Shown here: one piece after another, positions 29,681-44,152 of the stretch
Position numbering within the stretch: position 1 is the first letter of the stretch
Layout: the number at the start of each line of letters is the position of its first letter
DNA from: Chrysomallon squamiferum
Lineage: Eukaryota; Animalia; Mollusca
NCBI GenBank assembly: GCA_012295275.1
Contig: CM022678.1
Location: 16,058,001-16,122,000, forward strand
DNA length: 64,000 bases
Reading direction: 5' to 3'
Notes under the pieces: generated by a model
What the model saw: the letters and a program-made list of their open reading frames with translations, nothing else
What the model was told of the DNA's origin: nothing
Databases searched by the model: none
Position numbers and translations under genes: made by a program

Positions 29681-30105
29681 GTTGGGCGGTGTAGTAAGTC
29701 ACTCTGACGAATTGTGTCAGTAATCAGTAAAGAAATTAATGTGCTGAACAGATCAAGCTGTTCTGAAACACGTCTGCGACAGACACGTTCTCTGACAAAG
29801 CCAGACGGTGTTATGGCGAATTACTTCCCCAGACAGCGGTTAAATACATTTCTATAATTATGTGACCTTAACCTATCTGTCGTCAGTTGCTAATAGATAT
29901 CAAAATAAGCTGAATGGATTTTCCAAGCATGTGATTGCTATTTTAAAATCTGATTCCATTTTCAAAAATAACACGCTGTAAGTGTTATTTCCACTTTTCT
30001 TTATATTCATTTATTAATTTTCTTGAAGGTGAAATAAGATTTTGAAAATAGAAACTTGAATTAGAAATACAACAGATAAAGAGAAAGAAGGAGCGATATC
30101 TATAT

Positions 30106-30173
<68 letters not shown>

Positions 30174-30611
30174 TAATAACTTTTGTTTATATTTCAGTTT
30201 GTCTGTATTGTTCCTTGTTAATTATCAATTGTTAGTTTTTAAATATACACATACACATATGCACACAACAGGAACACACACAATTACACACACAGACACA
30301 ATTGTTGAAGTGGATAGATAATCGTTGGTCTGTAAAATAATATTTACACAACATAAAATTAAATACTGTCGAAATAGACTGATAATTACTGGTCTATAAA
30401 GCAATCTTTCGGTAATGAAAAATAAAAAACAACAAAAAACACTGAGAAGTCGAAGGCCGAATAATTATAAAACGTGATTTCACGAATCATCAGTAACGCA
30501 TGATAAATGTAGCATTTCCGAAATTAATATTCACGTTAGTTAAAGTAAAAAAAGTTATAACATTACTTTGGTATGGTTTTAGGAAATAGAATATTATTAT
30601 TATTATTACTG

Positions 30612-30657
<46 letters not shown>

Positions 30658-30879
30658 TGTAATACATATTTTATAATAATTACATTAACATAAACTAAAT
30701 ACTTTCGAAATAGTGAGACTGTTTCAATAAAAACACACACACGACAGATCTCGTTAAAAGGCGATCATCGACAGATATCAAAGTTATAAAAGCATATCGG
30801 CCTTCTAACATTTGTATGACGTGTTCAAAGACAGGTTGAAATGTATTTTATTACAAACATTTCTTTTAAATAGGATAAT

Positions 30880-30945
<66 letters not shown>

Positions 30946-31787
30946 TCGGAATGATGAATGAATAGTACTTGTATGATACCTGCGACAAGAAACATCATAT
31001 ATCTACGTATTATTCATAATAAGACTGAAAATACGATATTGGTAATAAACAGTCTCTATGAGCATGTCTCTTACAATATATAGCGAGACCTATATATTAT
31101 ATTATATTATATGATAAGTTTAATACAGTTTACTTTAACACATACATATATTAAAATCTTCACATTGCACAGTCACAAAATAAACATGAAGTAAAACACG
31201 GAACATTAATCTTCAGTGTGTATCTATTTCTTCAACCTTCCAACCAATAGGTGTCAAGTTCTGTCAATAATTATTATTATTATTTTTTTTTTTTTGTATG
31301 TTTTACTGTGGGTTTTTTTTTTGGGGGGTAATATATTATTTAATTGACACATATATAAATATATATATTCTTATTACGACACCTTATTGACAAATTCAAA
31401 ATCTACATCTAGCTATCTATCTAGCTAGCTGTATGTTTCGTTTGTTCGGCAATAAATTTAATTTCGTGAACACGCTGTATATAATTGTATATTCAGGTAA
31501 AGTAACAAGAAATATGTGAAAATGCCTGAGTAGATGGTGTGAGAAAGTCACTGCAGCACAGTTTAAAACACAACAACGTCATTTCACTCATCGTAGAATA
31601 ATATAAGTTATATCACATTTATATAATAATAACGTGATAATGACTGGGCCAAATGGGGACTCATTCTTATAAAATATTTTTCGCATGTTACCGTCACGTA
31701 CTACTACTACTACTGATATTCATACTACCACCACCACTACTACTACTACTATTACTATTACCACTACTATTGCTACTACTACTATTG

Positions 31788-31828
<41 letters not shown>

Positions 31829-32246
31829 GCTACTACTAATAATATAACAGTAGTAACGTTATTTAACTCATTGTAAAATAATAAAAATTGTCTGTATATA
31901 AATACATGTTGTTTAATAATAAGCGCATCAAACGTGGACTCATGGTCTTTGTTTTGTTTTTTAAATTCCTGCTCAGTGAATATGTAAAAGTATTTTTTTA
32001 TAGGTGGTCAGAAGATTACTTCTGCACAGTTCAAAATGCAGTAACGTCATTTAACTCATCGTAAAATAATGCAAACAATATCACATTAAATTATTTATAT
32101 AATAATAGTTTCATAAGAGCAGGCCGAACGTGGACTCATTCTGTTAAAACTTTTTCATCTGCCTACAAAACGAAGACCAAATGATTATAGGCTATTCCTA
32201 CTGTTTTCTTTTCTTCTACTTTTCTTGTTTAAATTCATCCACCGGG

Positions 32247-32300
<54 letters not shown>

Positions 32301-33134
32301 ATGTTTTTGTATCTATGAATATGTATGAAATTTGTGTCTGTAATTTATACAAGTATTATTTATTGTGTGTATAATTTATATAACTATCTATTTATAATAT
32401 GTATGTATGTTAAATAAACACAGGCATCTTTAACGCACGCACACACACACACACATACACACACCCACACACACTCACACACACACACACAGATATATAT
32501 ACATGCCTACATACATATAGATCTCTAAAAGTCAGTTATGAAAGCATATCGATTTTCTAAGCTTTTACGACACCTTCATAGACAGGTTACTGGAATTTCC
32601 AAAACGTCTATTTTTAGACACGATTTCATTACCATAGTATTTTATCACAACAGTTTCTTTTAAATAGGACAACAACAACAACAACAACAACAATAATAAT
32701 AATTAAAGTAATAAGGATAATATATATATATATATATGTATGAGTGTATGTATATAAATATGTATGCATGCATGGATGTATGTATATTTGTATGTATGTA
32801 TGTGTGTATTTATATGCATGTAAATAATTCTCTATTTTTTTTTTTTTATTTCAACACACATAATGATAGCTAATATTGTGTAGACAGGCATTCTACAATC
32901 TGTATTGTTTCCTTTAGTATTAACACAAAAATTTAACTAAAAACATAACAACAAGAAGAAAATATAGTAAAGTTACCTTGTAGAAATTCAAGTGTGTCTT
33001 AAATGAGTTTTTTCAAATAAGGCTTAATTGTTTCATTTAACTGCTGCATAGTGTTTTAAAATAACACTGTCTGATACTGAAACAACAAGTTATTGTAGAC
33101 GTATGGAGACTGATGTTTGTACAAAGTTTAATTT

Positions 33135-33316
33135 TTATGACGTCACGGTATTCAAAGTTTTATGAAGTTGCTGTGAAGAGGCATATTTTGTGTAAAACTT
33201 CACGACAGTAAGAAAATTGTGTTTGAACTCAGCGAAGAATTCCCTGAATTTCAGAATCACGAAGTCGAGGACAGTTCGAGTCTGCGCTCTATACTCAATT
33301 GCTGGTTTATTTAATC
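33135..33316 (-). CDS. Cluster terminal exon: GLNKPAIEYRAQTRTVLDFVILKFREFFAEFK...VTS*
   Basis: Acceptor tttatttgtttcag|GA TTA AAT AAA CCA GCA, phase 1. It is a paralogue of 44010-44152 with internal deletions. No upstream exon is visible (a SINE and (TAG)n follow), so it may be a pseudo-exon. Confidence 0.4.
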
Positions 33317-33365
33317 CTGAAACAAATAAAAACAAAAATCTGTTTAATATAACTTTTGTTTCCTT

Positions 33366-33407
<42 letters not shown>

Positions 33408-33514
33408 CACGTTATGTTTGACCTGTACAAAAGGATATTTTAATGTCGCAATATACAAACTGTTAAACATAAATGCGTGACTGCAGTGAAACATAATTTC
33501 TAGATGTGACGTTT

Positions 33515-33722
33515 GCATATATGTCTGTACGTATGTCTGTATGTACGTCCGTATGTGTTTATGTATGTGTTGTGTATAAATTTTGAATAGGATTTTGAAT
33601 ATTCTTTGTCTTGTGTACGTCTGAATAGACTCTGCACTCAGACAATATTCGGGAACGCACTGGCGCAGGAAGACAAAGTCCAATCACGACCTCACAAACC
33701 ACGAGACACGAACGTATGACCA
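33515..33722 (-). mobile_element. Putative tRNA-derived SINE, copy 2 (5'-truncated)
   Basis: Aligns by eye with 28440-28600 (tacgtctgaatagactc...gggaacgcactggcgcaggaagacaaagtccaatc). It has a (TACA)-type tail and is inserted into a cluster intron. Confidence 0.5.
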
Positions 33723-33872
<150 letters not shown>

Positions 33873-34526
33873 GGTAGTACTATCAACAAGTCAACAGGTC
33901 AACAGGTCCACAACTCAAATGTCGCTAAGAACACAAGAAAGACATTTCACATTCAGGGTGCTTATTTTTTTATTTCAGCATACAATAATAGCTAATATTG
34001 TGCAGACAGCCGTTCTTTAATAGCAAAAAAATATATATATATATTATATAAGAATATAATTAAAAACACAACAACAACAAAAATTTATTAAAGCTACCTT
34101 GTAGAAATTAAAGTGTGTCTTAAATGAATTTGTTTCAAACGATACTTAATTGTTTCATTTAGCTGGTGCATAACGTTTTAAAATAACACAGACTGACACT
34201 GAAATAACAAGTTATTGTAGACTGATATCTGTGTACAAAGTTTAATTTTCTGTGACGTCACGGTATTCAGAGTTTTATGAAGTTGCTGTGAGGAGGTAAG
34301 TTTGTGTAAAACTTCACGTCAGTAAGAAAACTGTGTTTGAAATGAACGAAGAATTGGCGCCGGTACCGCGGAGTTCTCAACTGAATGGGGAAAAAAATCA
34401 ATGGCTGAAATACGCACAGACAAAGGCTTGGACCTTAAGACAGACAGAATTTTTAGAGCAACCAGTCGGTCGTGAAAAAAAATAGATAAAATAAATAATT
34501 AAATAAATGATTGATTGATTGATTGA

Positions 34527-34578
<52 letters not shown>

Positions 34579-34831
34579 ATTAATTAATTAATTAATTAAA
34601 AATAATATAAATATGATGCTTTAACCTCATAATTATAAAACATGATTTTACGAATCAACAGTCATGCGTGATGAATATATCGTTTCGAAAATTAAGATTC
34701 ACGTTAGTTAAAGTGAAAACATTTTGACAGTAATTTGGTATGATATAAAGATACAGACGTAGAATTTCCAAAGTGGCTATTTTTAAATATAATTTAATTT
34801 CCAGTGTTTTTTCAAACAAACATTTCTTTTG

Positions 34832-34895
<64 letters not shown>

Positions 34896-35331
34896 TGATG
34901 ATGATGATGATGATGATGATAATGATAAATAATAATAATATTCTATTTCCTTAAACTATACAAAATTATATTATAACATTCTTTCATTAAATCACGTTTT
35001 TAAATTGTGTTTTTATTTTATTTTTATTTTATTATTTTTTTTTTTCCTGATCGAATGATAGCTTTTCAGACCAGTATCTATGAATCCTCTTTAAGAATTG
35101 TAAACGCTATATATTTATAAACGCTCATAATTTCCCTATATATTTCACTGTAATTGTATTTTTATGGTCAGTATAAAATATCAGTAGGAGATATAGGGAA
35201 GCAAAAATTATTGGAAAAAGAGTAAGAACCGCCATCATCGAATGATACAGTAATTAGTCACGTGGTCATTTGTACAATTATCCTTCTTAAATCTGCTACT
35301 AAACTGCTACTACTGCTGCTGCTATTATTAT

Positions 35332-35389
<58 letters not shown>

Positions 35390-36103
35390 GTTATTATTAT
35401 TGTTATTGATTTTGTTTCGGTTATGATTATAAATAAATTCTTATTTTATTAATTCTCTATTTGTATCGTTCTTGTTTGTGTTGTATTATTATTGTTGTTG
35501 CTGTTGTCGACATACTGACAAAACATTAGGATCTACTGGTATATTATTTTTAAATGTTTTACGTCTGTAAATAAATGGGATTTTTTTTCGTTGTTTGTTT
35601 ACTTAAAATGTGATTGAAAAATATTAAGTAGCTAGCCAAAAACTATCCAATAAAAGCTCATTAGTTTTAAAATTAAAATAATATACATTAAATCAACTCG
35701 AATATCTAGAGATGAAAATTATTAGAAAATGATTTTTTTAATAACAAAACTATTATATTGCTAGAATTGTGCGCTTAATACAGTCATACATTCAGATCAA
35801 ACACACACACATAAAAATACACACACGTGCACACACACACACACACACATAAAAACACACACACATGCACACATGTAAAGATTCATATACACATGCAGCA
35901 AAATACTGGAACAAGCCAATTCTTTTTTTTTTTCAAAAGTCTTTGGAAAATCTTAGTAGAAGTAATAGTAGTAGTAGAGTAGTAGCACTAGTAGTGGTGG
36001 TGGTGGTGACAACAGTAGAACATGTAGTAGTACTATCATCAGGTTGATTATATTAGTTCTATTAATTATCATCATGAGTTGTTCTCTGTTGTTATTATTA
36101 TTA

Positions 36104-36150
<47 letters not shown>

Positions 36151-36388
36151 TTATTTTATATATATATATATTTTACAGTTACCACTACTACTACAACTAT
36201 TATGCGATAATCGAAACACTCCGAAACGATTAGGGTGTAAGGTGAATGCATATATGTATTATCTGTATATAAACAGGCATTTGTAATACACACACAAAAC
36301 ACACACACACACACACATATATAGATACATACATACATACATATAGGTATATATATATATATATATACACACAAAGATACATATATTT

Positions 36389-36428
<40 letters not shown>

Positions 36429-36839
36429 TACACATATATATATACATATACACACACAAACACATATACAGATTTCTAACGTTTTTATCAGGTGTTTATA
36501 AAGTCAGTGGTCAGTAGTAATGTATACGTATGTATGTGTATGTATGTATATATTTATGTATATGTTATTTACGTATTTATACGTAATGTATTTATATATG
36601 TATGCATGCATGTACGTATGTATATATATGTTTGTATGTGTGTATTGACGTATTTACGTATGTGTGTATATGCAAGTATCGGTGTGTATATGTATGTATA
36701 TATATATGTGTGTATATCTGCATGTATGTACGTATGTGTATATGTGTGTCTGCATGTGTGTAGTTGTGTATGTATATATGTATGTGTGTTTGTATCTATA
36801 TTTTTATATATTTATATGCATGTGAATAACAGTATGTTT

Positions 36840-37018
36840 CTATCCGGATGTAAAATAATTTCCAACTTTCCAACTTTTATTTTCAAAACATACCCACATC
36901 AGTAGTGATGCACCTTGTAGAAATATTAGGAGGTTCTCACAGACAATGGCTGGAACAATTCGATTTACGATCCAGCAGAATACTCTTATTCCAGTCTCAG
37001 TTGCTAGTTTAGTTAATA
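36840..37018 (-). CDS. Cluster terminal exon: VLTKLATETGIRVFCWIVNRIVPAIVCENLLIFLQGASLLMWVC...SG*
   Basis: Acceptor ttatttatttgtttgtttcag|TA TTA ACT AAA, phase 1, open to TAG. It is homologous to the 29124 and 44010 exons. The first exon was not located. Confidence 0.45.
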
Positions 37019-38033
37019 CTGAAACAAACAAATAAATAAGTTATATAATCTGTTTAATATAAACCTTTGCTTCTACATAAACAGATAGATATTAAGAGAA
37101 ACGATTCTTCCTAAATAGTTTTTAAAATTGCGTTAGAAGTGTGTTTGTGTTCAGCCCCGAGTCTTCTGTTGTATAATTTTAAAATGTTTTATGAACGTAA
37201 ATTGGATTATTCTTTGTTTATTTAAAATATGATTGCAAAATAGTATGTATATATCCAAAAACTATCTAACACAAACTAATTAACTTTAAAACTAAAAGAA
37301 CTGATGTAATCTACATTAAATCAACTCGAAGCCTTAGAGATGAAAATTATTAGAAAATGGTCCTTTTTAACAACAACAAAATTAATCTCTTGTGCACCTA
37401 TATACAGTCATACATTCACATTATATATATATTATATACATACATACATACATACATAGGTAGGTAGGTAGATAGATAGATAGATAGATAGACAGATACA
37501 TAGAGAGATAAACACACACACGCACACTCAAAGATTTATATACCCATGCAGCAAAATACTGGAACAAGCCAAATCTTTTTTCTGTTTTTCCAAAAGTATT
37601 AGTAGTTGTAGTAGTAGTAGTAGCAGTAGTAGTAGTAGTAGTAGTAGTAGCAGCACCAGCAGTGGTGACAACAGAGTAGAAAATCAGGATGATTATGTTA
37701 GTTCTATGATTATTATCATCAGTTACTACTAAACTACTTTTATTATTATTATTATCATTATCTTTGTCATTATTATGATTATTATTAATATTCTTATTTT
37801 ATTATGTTTCTATCGCTGCTGTTTGTTTTGTGTTATTTTTATTGTTCTTGTTGTTGTCGACATACTGACAAAAGATTAGGATAACCTATATAATTTCACT
37901 GAGAAGGAATTCAAAAAAATTAAAATTAAAATAAAATAAAAGAGATGCTGCTTTTTTATATCTTAACTTAATGTTAGAACATGGTAAAATAAACGAATAA
38001 AAAATTGTAAAAATGTCTATAGTAGTAGTAGTG

Positions 38034-38068
<35 letters not shown>

Positions 38069-38470
38069 AATAATAATAATAATAATAATAAGAAGAAGAA
38101 GAAGAAGAAGAAGGAGAAGAAGAGGAAGAAGAATTCGGATTGATGGATGAAAACATCAAACATAAATAAATATCTACGTATCCATAATAAGACTTTCAAA
38201 ATCTAGCTAGGTATAGGGAATAAATATCATTATTATTGTCGATTTTTATTATTATTGTTATTAATACTGCCTATGTTGAATTTTCTTTTTTCGTTAATGC
38301 TTCGATTCTGAAAGATGTAAATTTCGTTTTTTTCTTCTTCTTCGTTTCATTTTAAAATAAAAATCTATCCAAGTTATAGATAATAGATAGTTTCTATGAG
38401 GATGTTTTAGCAAGTGTAAATTGAATGTGGATGACTTACAATCCGGCCATCGAGTCAACCCGTATATATA

Positions 38471-38568
<98 letters not shown>

Positions 38569-38986
38569 CTTACACTATCTCTATCTCTCGCTCCCTATCT
38601 CTCTATCTCCGGCTCTCTCACTCTCTTTCTCTCTCTTTCTCTTTCTCTATCTATTTTTAAATGTTATTCCATCTTCAAGAAAATAAATATATAATAAATA
38701 AATAAATAACAATGAATACTTTTTTTTTAGAAATAACACTTAGTTAAACTGTGTTATCTTTGAAAATGAAATCAGATCTAAAAACAGCAAATACTTGCTG
38801 ACTCTTTTATTAGATAGAACGTGACAAAATAACAATAGATAGGTGAAGTGTCATGTAATTATAAAAAAAACGCATTTAAGTGTATGAGAACAGACGTGTT
38901 TCACAACAGCATGCTCTGCTTAATACATTAATTGCTATACTGACCACTGAGGGAATTCGCCAGAGCGACTGACTACACAGGTCATA

Positions 38987-39041
38987 ATGGGCTCAGTTTT
39001 ATCACGTGCTTCTCCTGCAGCAGCCAACACTGGCATAACAG
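38987..39041 (+). CDS. Cluster unit C first exon: MGSVLSRASPAAANTGIT, phase-1 GC donor
   Basis: ataATGGGC follows the conserved leader (cagacgtgtttcacaacag...gaattcgccagagcgact). It ends ACA G|gcaagat at the position where paralogues have G|gtaagat. Confidence 0.45.
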
Positions 39042-39419
39042 GCAAGATTTTAATTTAAAAATTTATTTTTTAACTAACAGATATGTTGTGGTTTTTATTA
39101 TTATTATTATTTTTTTAACTCAACAGTTCTATACGGAGAGAACTTAGACGATCCTGAACGACATCAAAGTAAAATATATGACGTGAAATAAAATGTGTAT
39201 GTTTATATACATGAAAAATTACGTTAAACGAGTGCAGCGCGTACTGAGAATATTCGTAAAAATTACGTAAAGCACATGTAGACAATGGATATAAAATGGT
39301 TACAAGAGGACTGTGAACGCTAAGAAACATGTTCCTTGAGTACAGAAAAAACATCTGTTACATGTAAAAAAAATAAAAAAAAAAATAATAATAATAATAA
39401 AAAAAAAAAAAAAAAAAAA

Positions 39420-39450
<31 letters not shown>

Positions 39451-39541
39451 CAGAAAGGAAAAAAAAAAGAAAGAAAAGAAAATTAAAGAAACAAAGGTCA
39501 TATTAAACAGAATATATAATTTATTTAGTTAATTGTTTCAG

Positions 39542-39637
39542 GATTCATTAATACAGTTCGTATACAGGCCATGTTCGCGTTCTGTTTGACACGTACTGTT
39601 CCTGCAGCAGCCACCAATCATACACCAGAGGCAAGAG
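39542..39637 (+). CDS. Cluster unit C cassette exon (96 nt, phase 1-1): GFINTVRIQAMFAFCLTRTVPAAATNHTPEAR
   Basis: ttgtttcag| acceptor, AG|gtaaga donor, open frame, length divisible by 3. Confidence 0.5.
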
Positions 39638-40056
39638 GTAAGATTAGTTTTTTCAGGAACACGTAACATTTTGTTTTCAGTTTTGTTTTCTTTTTTAGCT
39701 CGACAGTTCTGTACGGAGTGAGGTGACACTGAATGTAGACGACGGTCATAAACTCCGTGAAATAAAATGTATGACGTGAAATAAAAAGTATATATTTATA
39801 TATATATGATAAATTATGTTAAACAAGTGCAGCGTAGTAAGAATATTTGTACAAATTACTAAAACGCATGTTGACATTGAAGACAAGAGGATTGTGAACA
39901 CCACGAAACATATTTCTTGAATACAGTAAAAACTTTATTACATGTAAAAGAAGAAAAAAAAAAGAAAAAAATAAGCAAGAAAAAAAAAGAGGAATAAAGG
40001 TTATATTTAACAGATTATATAATTTATTTGTTTATTTGTTTAATATTTAACTGCAG

Positions 40057-40140
40057 CTCATGCTGTACCGGCCAACACTGACTCAGTTTCATTAAATACT
40101 GTTCCTGCAGCAGACACCAATGTTACACCAGGCGTAGCAG
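40057..40140 (+). CDS. Cluster unit C cassette exon (84 nt, phase 1-1): AHAVPANTDSVSLNTVPAADTNVTPGVA
   Basis: The ancestral tttcag acceptor is mutated to tttaat. The next AG (ctgcag|) keeps the frame, the donor is CAG|gtaaaa and the frame is open. Confidence 0.45.
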
Positions 40141-40536
40141 GTAAAATGTTTTTTTGTTTAGTTAACATGAGACAATTTGTTTTTTATCTCCACCTTTCTT
40201 TACAGTGAGGTGAACTGTACTTAGACGAATATCATAATCGACATCAGAGTAAAATATGAGGTGAAATAAAATGTATATATATTTATATATATGATAAATT
40301 ATGTTAAACAAGTGCAGCGCGTAGTAAGAATATTTGTACAAATCAGGTAAAGCACGTATAGACAATAAAGATAAATTGATTACAAGAGGATTGTGTACTC
40401 TATGAAATATGTTCGTTGTGTACGGTGAAAAAAATCTATTACACATAAATAAAAATGAAAGTAAAAGAAAATAAAGAAAAAGGAAAGAAACGAAGGTTAT
40501 GTTAAACAGATTATATTATTTATTTATTTGTTTCAG

Positions 40537-40605
40537 AATTAACTAAACCACTTTCTATACAGGCCAACATGGGCTCAGTTGTAACACATACTGCAACCCA
40601 AATTA
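40537..40605 (+). pseudogene. Truncated cassette exon: ELTKPLSIQANMGSVVTHT...
   Basis: The acceptor tttgtttcag| is intact, but the 3' part and the family donor are deleted and the sequence fuses into intron sequence. Confidence 0.45.
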
Positions 40606-40863
40606 CGTAAAGCACAATGAAGATAAACTTTTTATTATTATTATTGTTGTTGTTGTTGTTGTTGTTGATGGTGGTGCTGTTTATGCCTATCTCAAACTGA
40701 TTACTCTAGATTCTCTCACCTGTTTTATAGGAATCAAACTTAAACCAAACGTCACATCTATAAATTATTTCACTGAAGAAAAAAAGAAAGAAAATGGAAA
40801 GAAAATAGAGAAACAAAGGTTATATTAAAGAGAATGTATAATTTATTTATTTATTTGTTTCAG

Positions 40864-40959
40864 AATTAAATAAAGCATTTACTGTAATGGGCATAAGTTG
40901 CATAGTTTGAACAGAGGTTCTTGCTCCAGTAGTCAACATTGTTTCCTTATACCCAGGAG
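40864..40959 (+). pseudogene. Cassette exon (96 nt, phase 1-1) with an in-frame TGA
   Basis: Both splice sites are intact (tttcag| and GAG|gtaaga). It reads ELNKAFTVMGISCIV*TEVLAPVVNIVSLYPG, with TGA at 40908-40910. Confidence 0.5.
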
Positions 40960-41482
40960 GTAAGATTAGTTTTTTTTGTATCAGATAATTTTTTTTTTTT
41001 TTTTTATCTCGTCAGTGCTGTACGGAGTAGGATGAAACTGAGCATAGAAGACGGTCAAAAACGCCGTGAAATAAAATATATGAGGTGAAATAAAAAGTAT
41101 ATATTTATATATATTTATATATTTGATAAATTATGTTAAACAAGTGCAGCGCGTAGTAAGAATATTTGTACAAATTAGGTAAAGCACTTATAGACAAAGA
41201 AGATAAATTGGTTACAAGAGGATTGTGATCGCTATGAAACCTGTTCCTTGAGCACGGTAAAAAAAAATCTATTACACGTAAATAAAAAAGAAATCAAACT
41301 TAAACCAAACGTCATATCTATAAATTATTTCACTGCAGTCGTGCATTCATGTCTAACAGTTCATAAATCGCAGCCATTAAATATCCTTTTGTACAAGTGA
41401 AACACAACATCAGTTAAAGGGAGGGGAGTAATAAAGTTAATTTAACCAGATAATATGGTTTATTTGTTTCTATTTGATTCAG

Positions 41483-41697
41483 AAACGTCGTACACTACGA
41501 GTGGAAGAAAAATATCCACGTCAAAAAGAAAACAAACGAGAAAAAAAAAAAAAAAAACGGAAATGGAGTTCAGGGAACTTCCTGCGAGAGTTGCACCCAG
41601 GGGAATATCCTGGGCCACTGGTTACGATTCATCTTTCTTTTTGCAATCAACTATTAGATCAAATATGCCTGCTCGCGTCAACTTAATAAAACTTTGA
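41483..41697 (+). CDS. Cluster unit C terminal exon (basic, phase 1): ETSYTTSGRKISTSKRKQTRKKKKK...
   Basis: Acceptor tatttgattcag|AA ACG, open to TGA at 41697, followed by the family 3' flank (ataccgtgacgtca...ctccatacgtcta). Confidence 0.4.
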
Positions 41698-42253
41698 ATA
41701 CCGTGACGTCAGAAAAATTAAATTGTACGAACATCAGTCTCCATACGTCTAGAATAACATTATGCTCCAGTAAAATGAAACACTTTAATTTGTACAAGGT
41801 AACTTTACTAGATTTGTTTTTGTTTTGTTGTGATTTTAAATTAAATGTTTTATTTTGTTTTAATACTAAAGAAAAGAATGCAGATTATAGAACACCTTTC
41901 TGCAGAATATTATGTTATTTTATACTATATTAAGCTATATAAAATACAAACATATATGTATAGAACATAAACATATACATATATATATACATACACATAT
42001 AAATATTATATTATATTCTGCAGAACTTGTGTCTTTCTATCTATCCATCTATATAACATGTAGATAGATAGATATATAGACAGACAGACAGATAGATAGA
42101 TAGTTACATAATACATACATACATTAAGCTGATTGTTGATTGTTGTTCGTAAAATCAAGTTTTATAATTGTTAGGCAAACTTGGATTTATACTCGATCTT
42201 CTTCGATTTTTTTCTGTGATTTTTCACGCTCAAAAACCATAATTTATTTATAT

Positions 42254-42909
42254 TGTCACGGAATTCAGATTGCGTTAAAAATTGTTACTTCAATCAATCC
42301 TCGCGCTTTTTATTTTTACGCCATGTAATTGAAATTGCGTAACTAATTATAACTACAATCACATCCGCGCTTTTTTATTTTTTATTATAAAAGGGCTGGC
42401 ACTTGGTAATTTCAGCGATTTTTCTCATTAACCAGAGAGCTCAGTCAGGCGGGGAAACCAATGCTTTTGAAAGACATTGTCTTTACTGGCGAGTACGGTA
42501 AGCAATTGTCTATTCTTATTTTGTTAGGGTGTAATGTGCAATTAACCTGAGTCAGTAACATTTATTATACGTAAATGTTTAATATTTTAATCTGTCCTCC
42601 GTGCAGATTCTTATTTTGTCTTGGTTCCCGGTATTACCTTACTCGTATCGTTAATCAAAATTACGTAAACGTATGTTTTATGATTGTATAATGTATTATT
42701 ATCAAGTTACCTATATATCTTAATTAAATAATTAACTTGTTCCTTAACTTGTGTTGTTTTTATTTCTCTAGTGGATAGACAGACTTATTGATTTATATAG
42801 ATTGCTGTCAGTTTATATTCCTTGTTAGGTGGCCCTTAAAACACCTTGTTACCCTAGGCTTAGCCTTAATAAAATATACAAGATGTTTAATCGTGTGTTC
42901 CCCGTGACA
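42254..42909 (+). mobile_element. Solo LTR, probably Gypsy-type, 656 bp
   Basis: It begins TGTCACGG and ends CCGTGACA (TG...CA, 8-bp inverted termini). There is an internal TATAAAA near 42386 and AATAAA near 42868. The flanks atat/agat fit a 4-bp TSD with one mismatch. Confidence 0.6.
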
Positions 42910-44009
42910 AGATTATAAACGTTGAGGCTCTCGTCCGGGATTTTTTCAAATAAATAATTTGGGAGCTCGTTTTATGGAATTATTTCTTTAGAGGTTTTCA
43001 GTAGTTCCTCAATTTAAACAGCTAATTTATGATTATGTCCACTTGAGAAAACAGGACACAGCAAAATAATAACGATATTAAAATAAATAAATCAAAACTG
43101 AGAAATAATTATGGATACAAGATGCATTGAACTATCCTAGTGTAACTTTTATCAAAAGAGCAAAGAGGGTGATATTATATTACAATTGGAAAATATTCAT
43201 AATATTTGAAATGCGTGTGTGTGTGTGTGTGTGTGGGGTAATTGTGTCTGTGTATGGATATATAACGGAGACAATCATACCATTGATAAATAACAAGGAC
43301 CAATACAGACAAACTGAAACACCAATAAAAAAAGGTCTGCCACTGATGTACAGAATTTCAAATAGCATAACTCTGGGATGTGGATTTTGGAAAAGCTTAT
43401 TTTCTTTATAAGAATATTTGTACAAATTACTTAAAGCACACGTAGACAATGAACATAAATTGGTTACAAGAGGGTCGAGTACGCTTGAGTATGGTAATAC
43501 AATCTATTACACGTACGATGATGAGATAAAAATTACCTTATGTCAAAATAATATATACTAATATTACACAGTTGTGCTTCTTTGTTATTATTATCGTTAT
43601 TCTTTTTTTGTTGTTATTGTTATTAGCATTATTATTGCAATGTTGTTGTTGTTGTTGTTGATGGTGGTGGTGGTGGTGTTTATCGCCTTTAACAAAGACA
43701 GAACGTAGTGCTGTCTACGCCTTTCTCAAAGTGATTAAGCTAGATGTTCTCACCTGTTTTATACGAATCGTCTTCAGTTACCAATCATTTCGTTAAACAC
43801 CTCCTAACTTCACATCTCGAAATTATTTCACTGAAGTCGTGCATTCATGTCTAACAGTTTATATATCGCAGCCATTAAATATCCTTTTCTACAAGTCAAA
43901 AACAACATTAGTTATAAAAAAAATATTAAAAAAAAAAGAGAAAGAAAAGAAAAGAAAAGAAAAGAAATAAAGGTTACATTAATCAGATTATATAATTTAT
44001 TTATTTCAG

Positions 44010-44152
44010 TATTAACTAAACCAGCAAATGAGTATGAAATGCAAACATTGTGCTGGCTCTTAACTCGAATTGTCCCAGATTTCGTCTTTCCGAAGTTCAG
44101 CGAGTTTCATCCAGTTGAGAAGCCCGCACCGCCAGCGGGAATTCTTCGTTGA
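44010..44152 (+). CDS. Cluster terminal exon: VLTKPANEYEMQTLCWLLTRIVPDFVFPKFSEFHPVEKPAPPAGILR*
   Basis: Acceptor ttatttatttcag|TA TTA ACT AAA, phase 1, open. The family 3' flank follows. Its own first exon seems lost near the solo LTR. Confidence 0.5.

Noticed and set aside
40908-40910. In-frame TGA read as selenocysteine
   Set aside because: Paralogous exons have Leu or Val at about this position, not Cys, and no SECIS was recognisable. A nonsense change is simpler.
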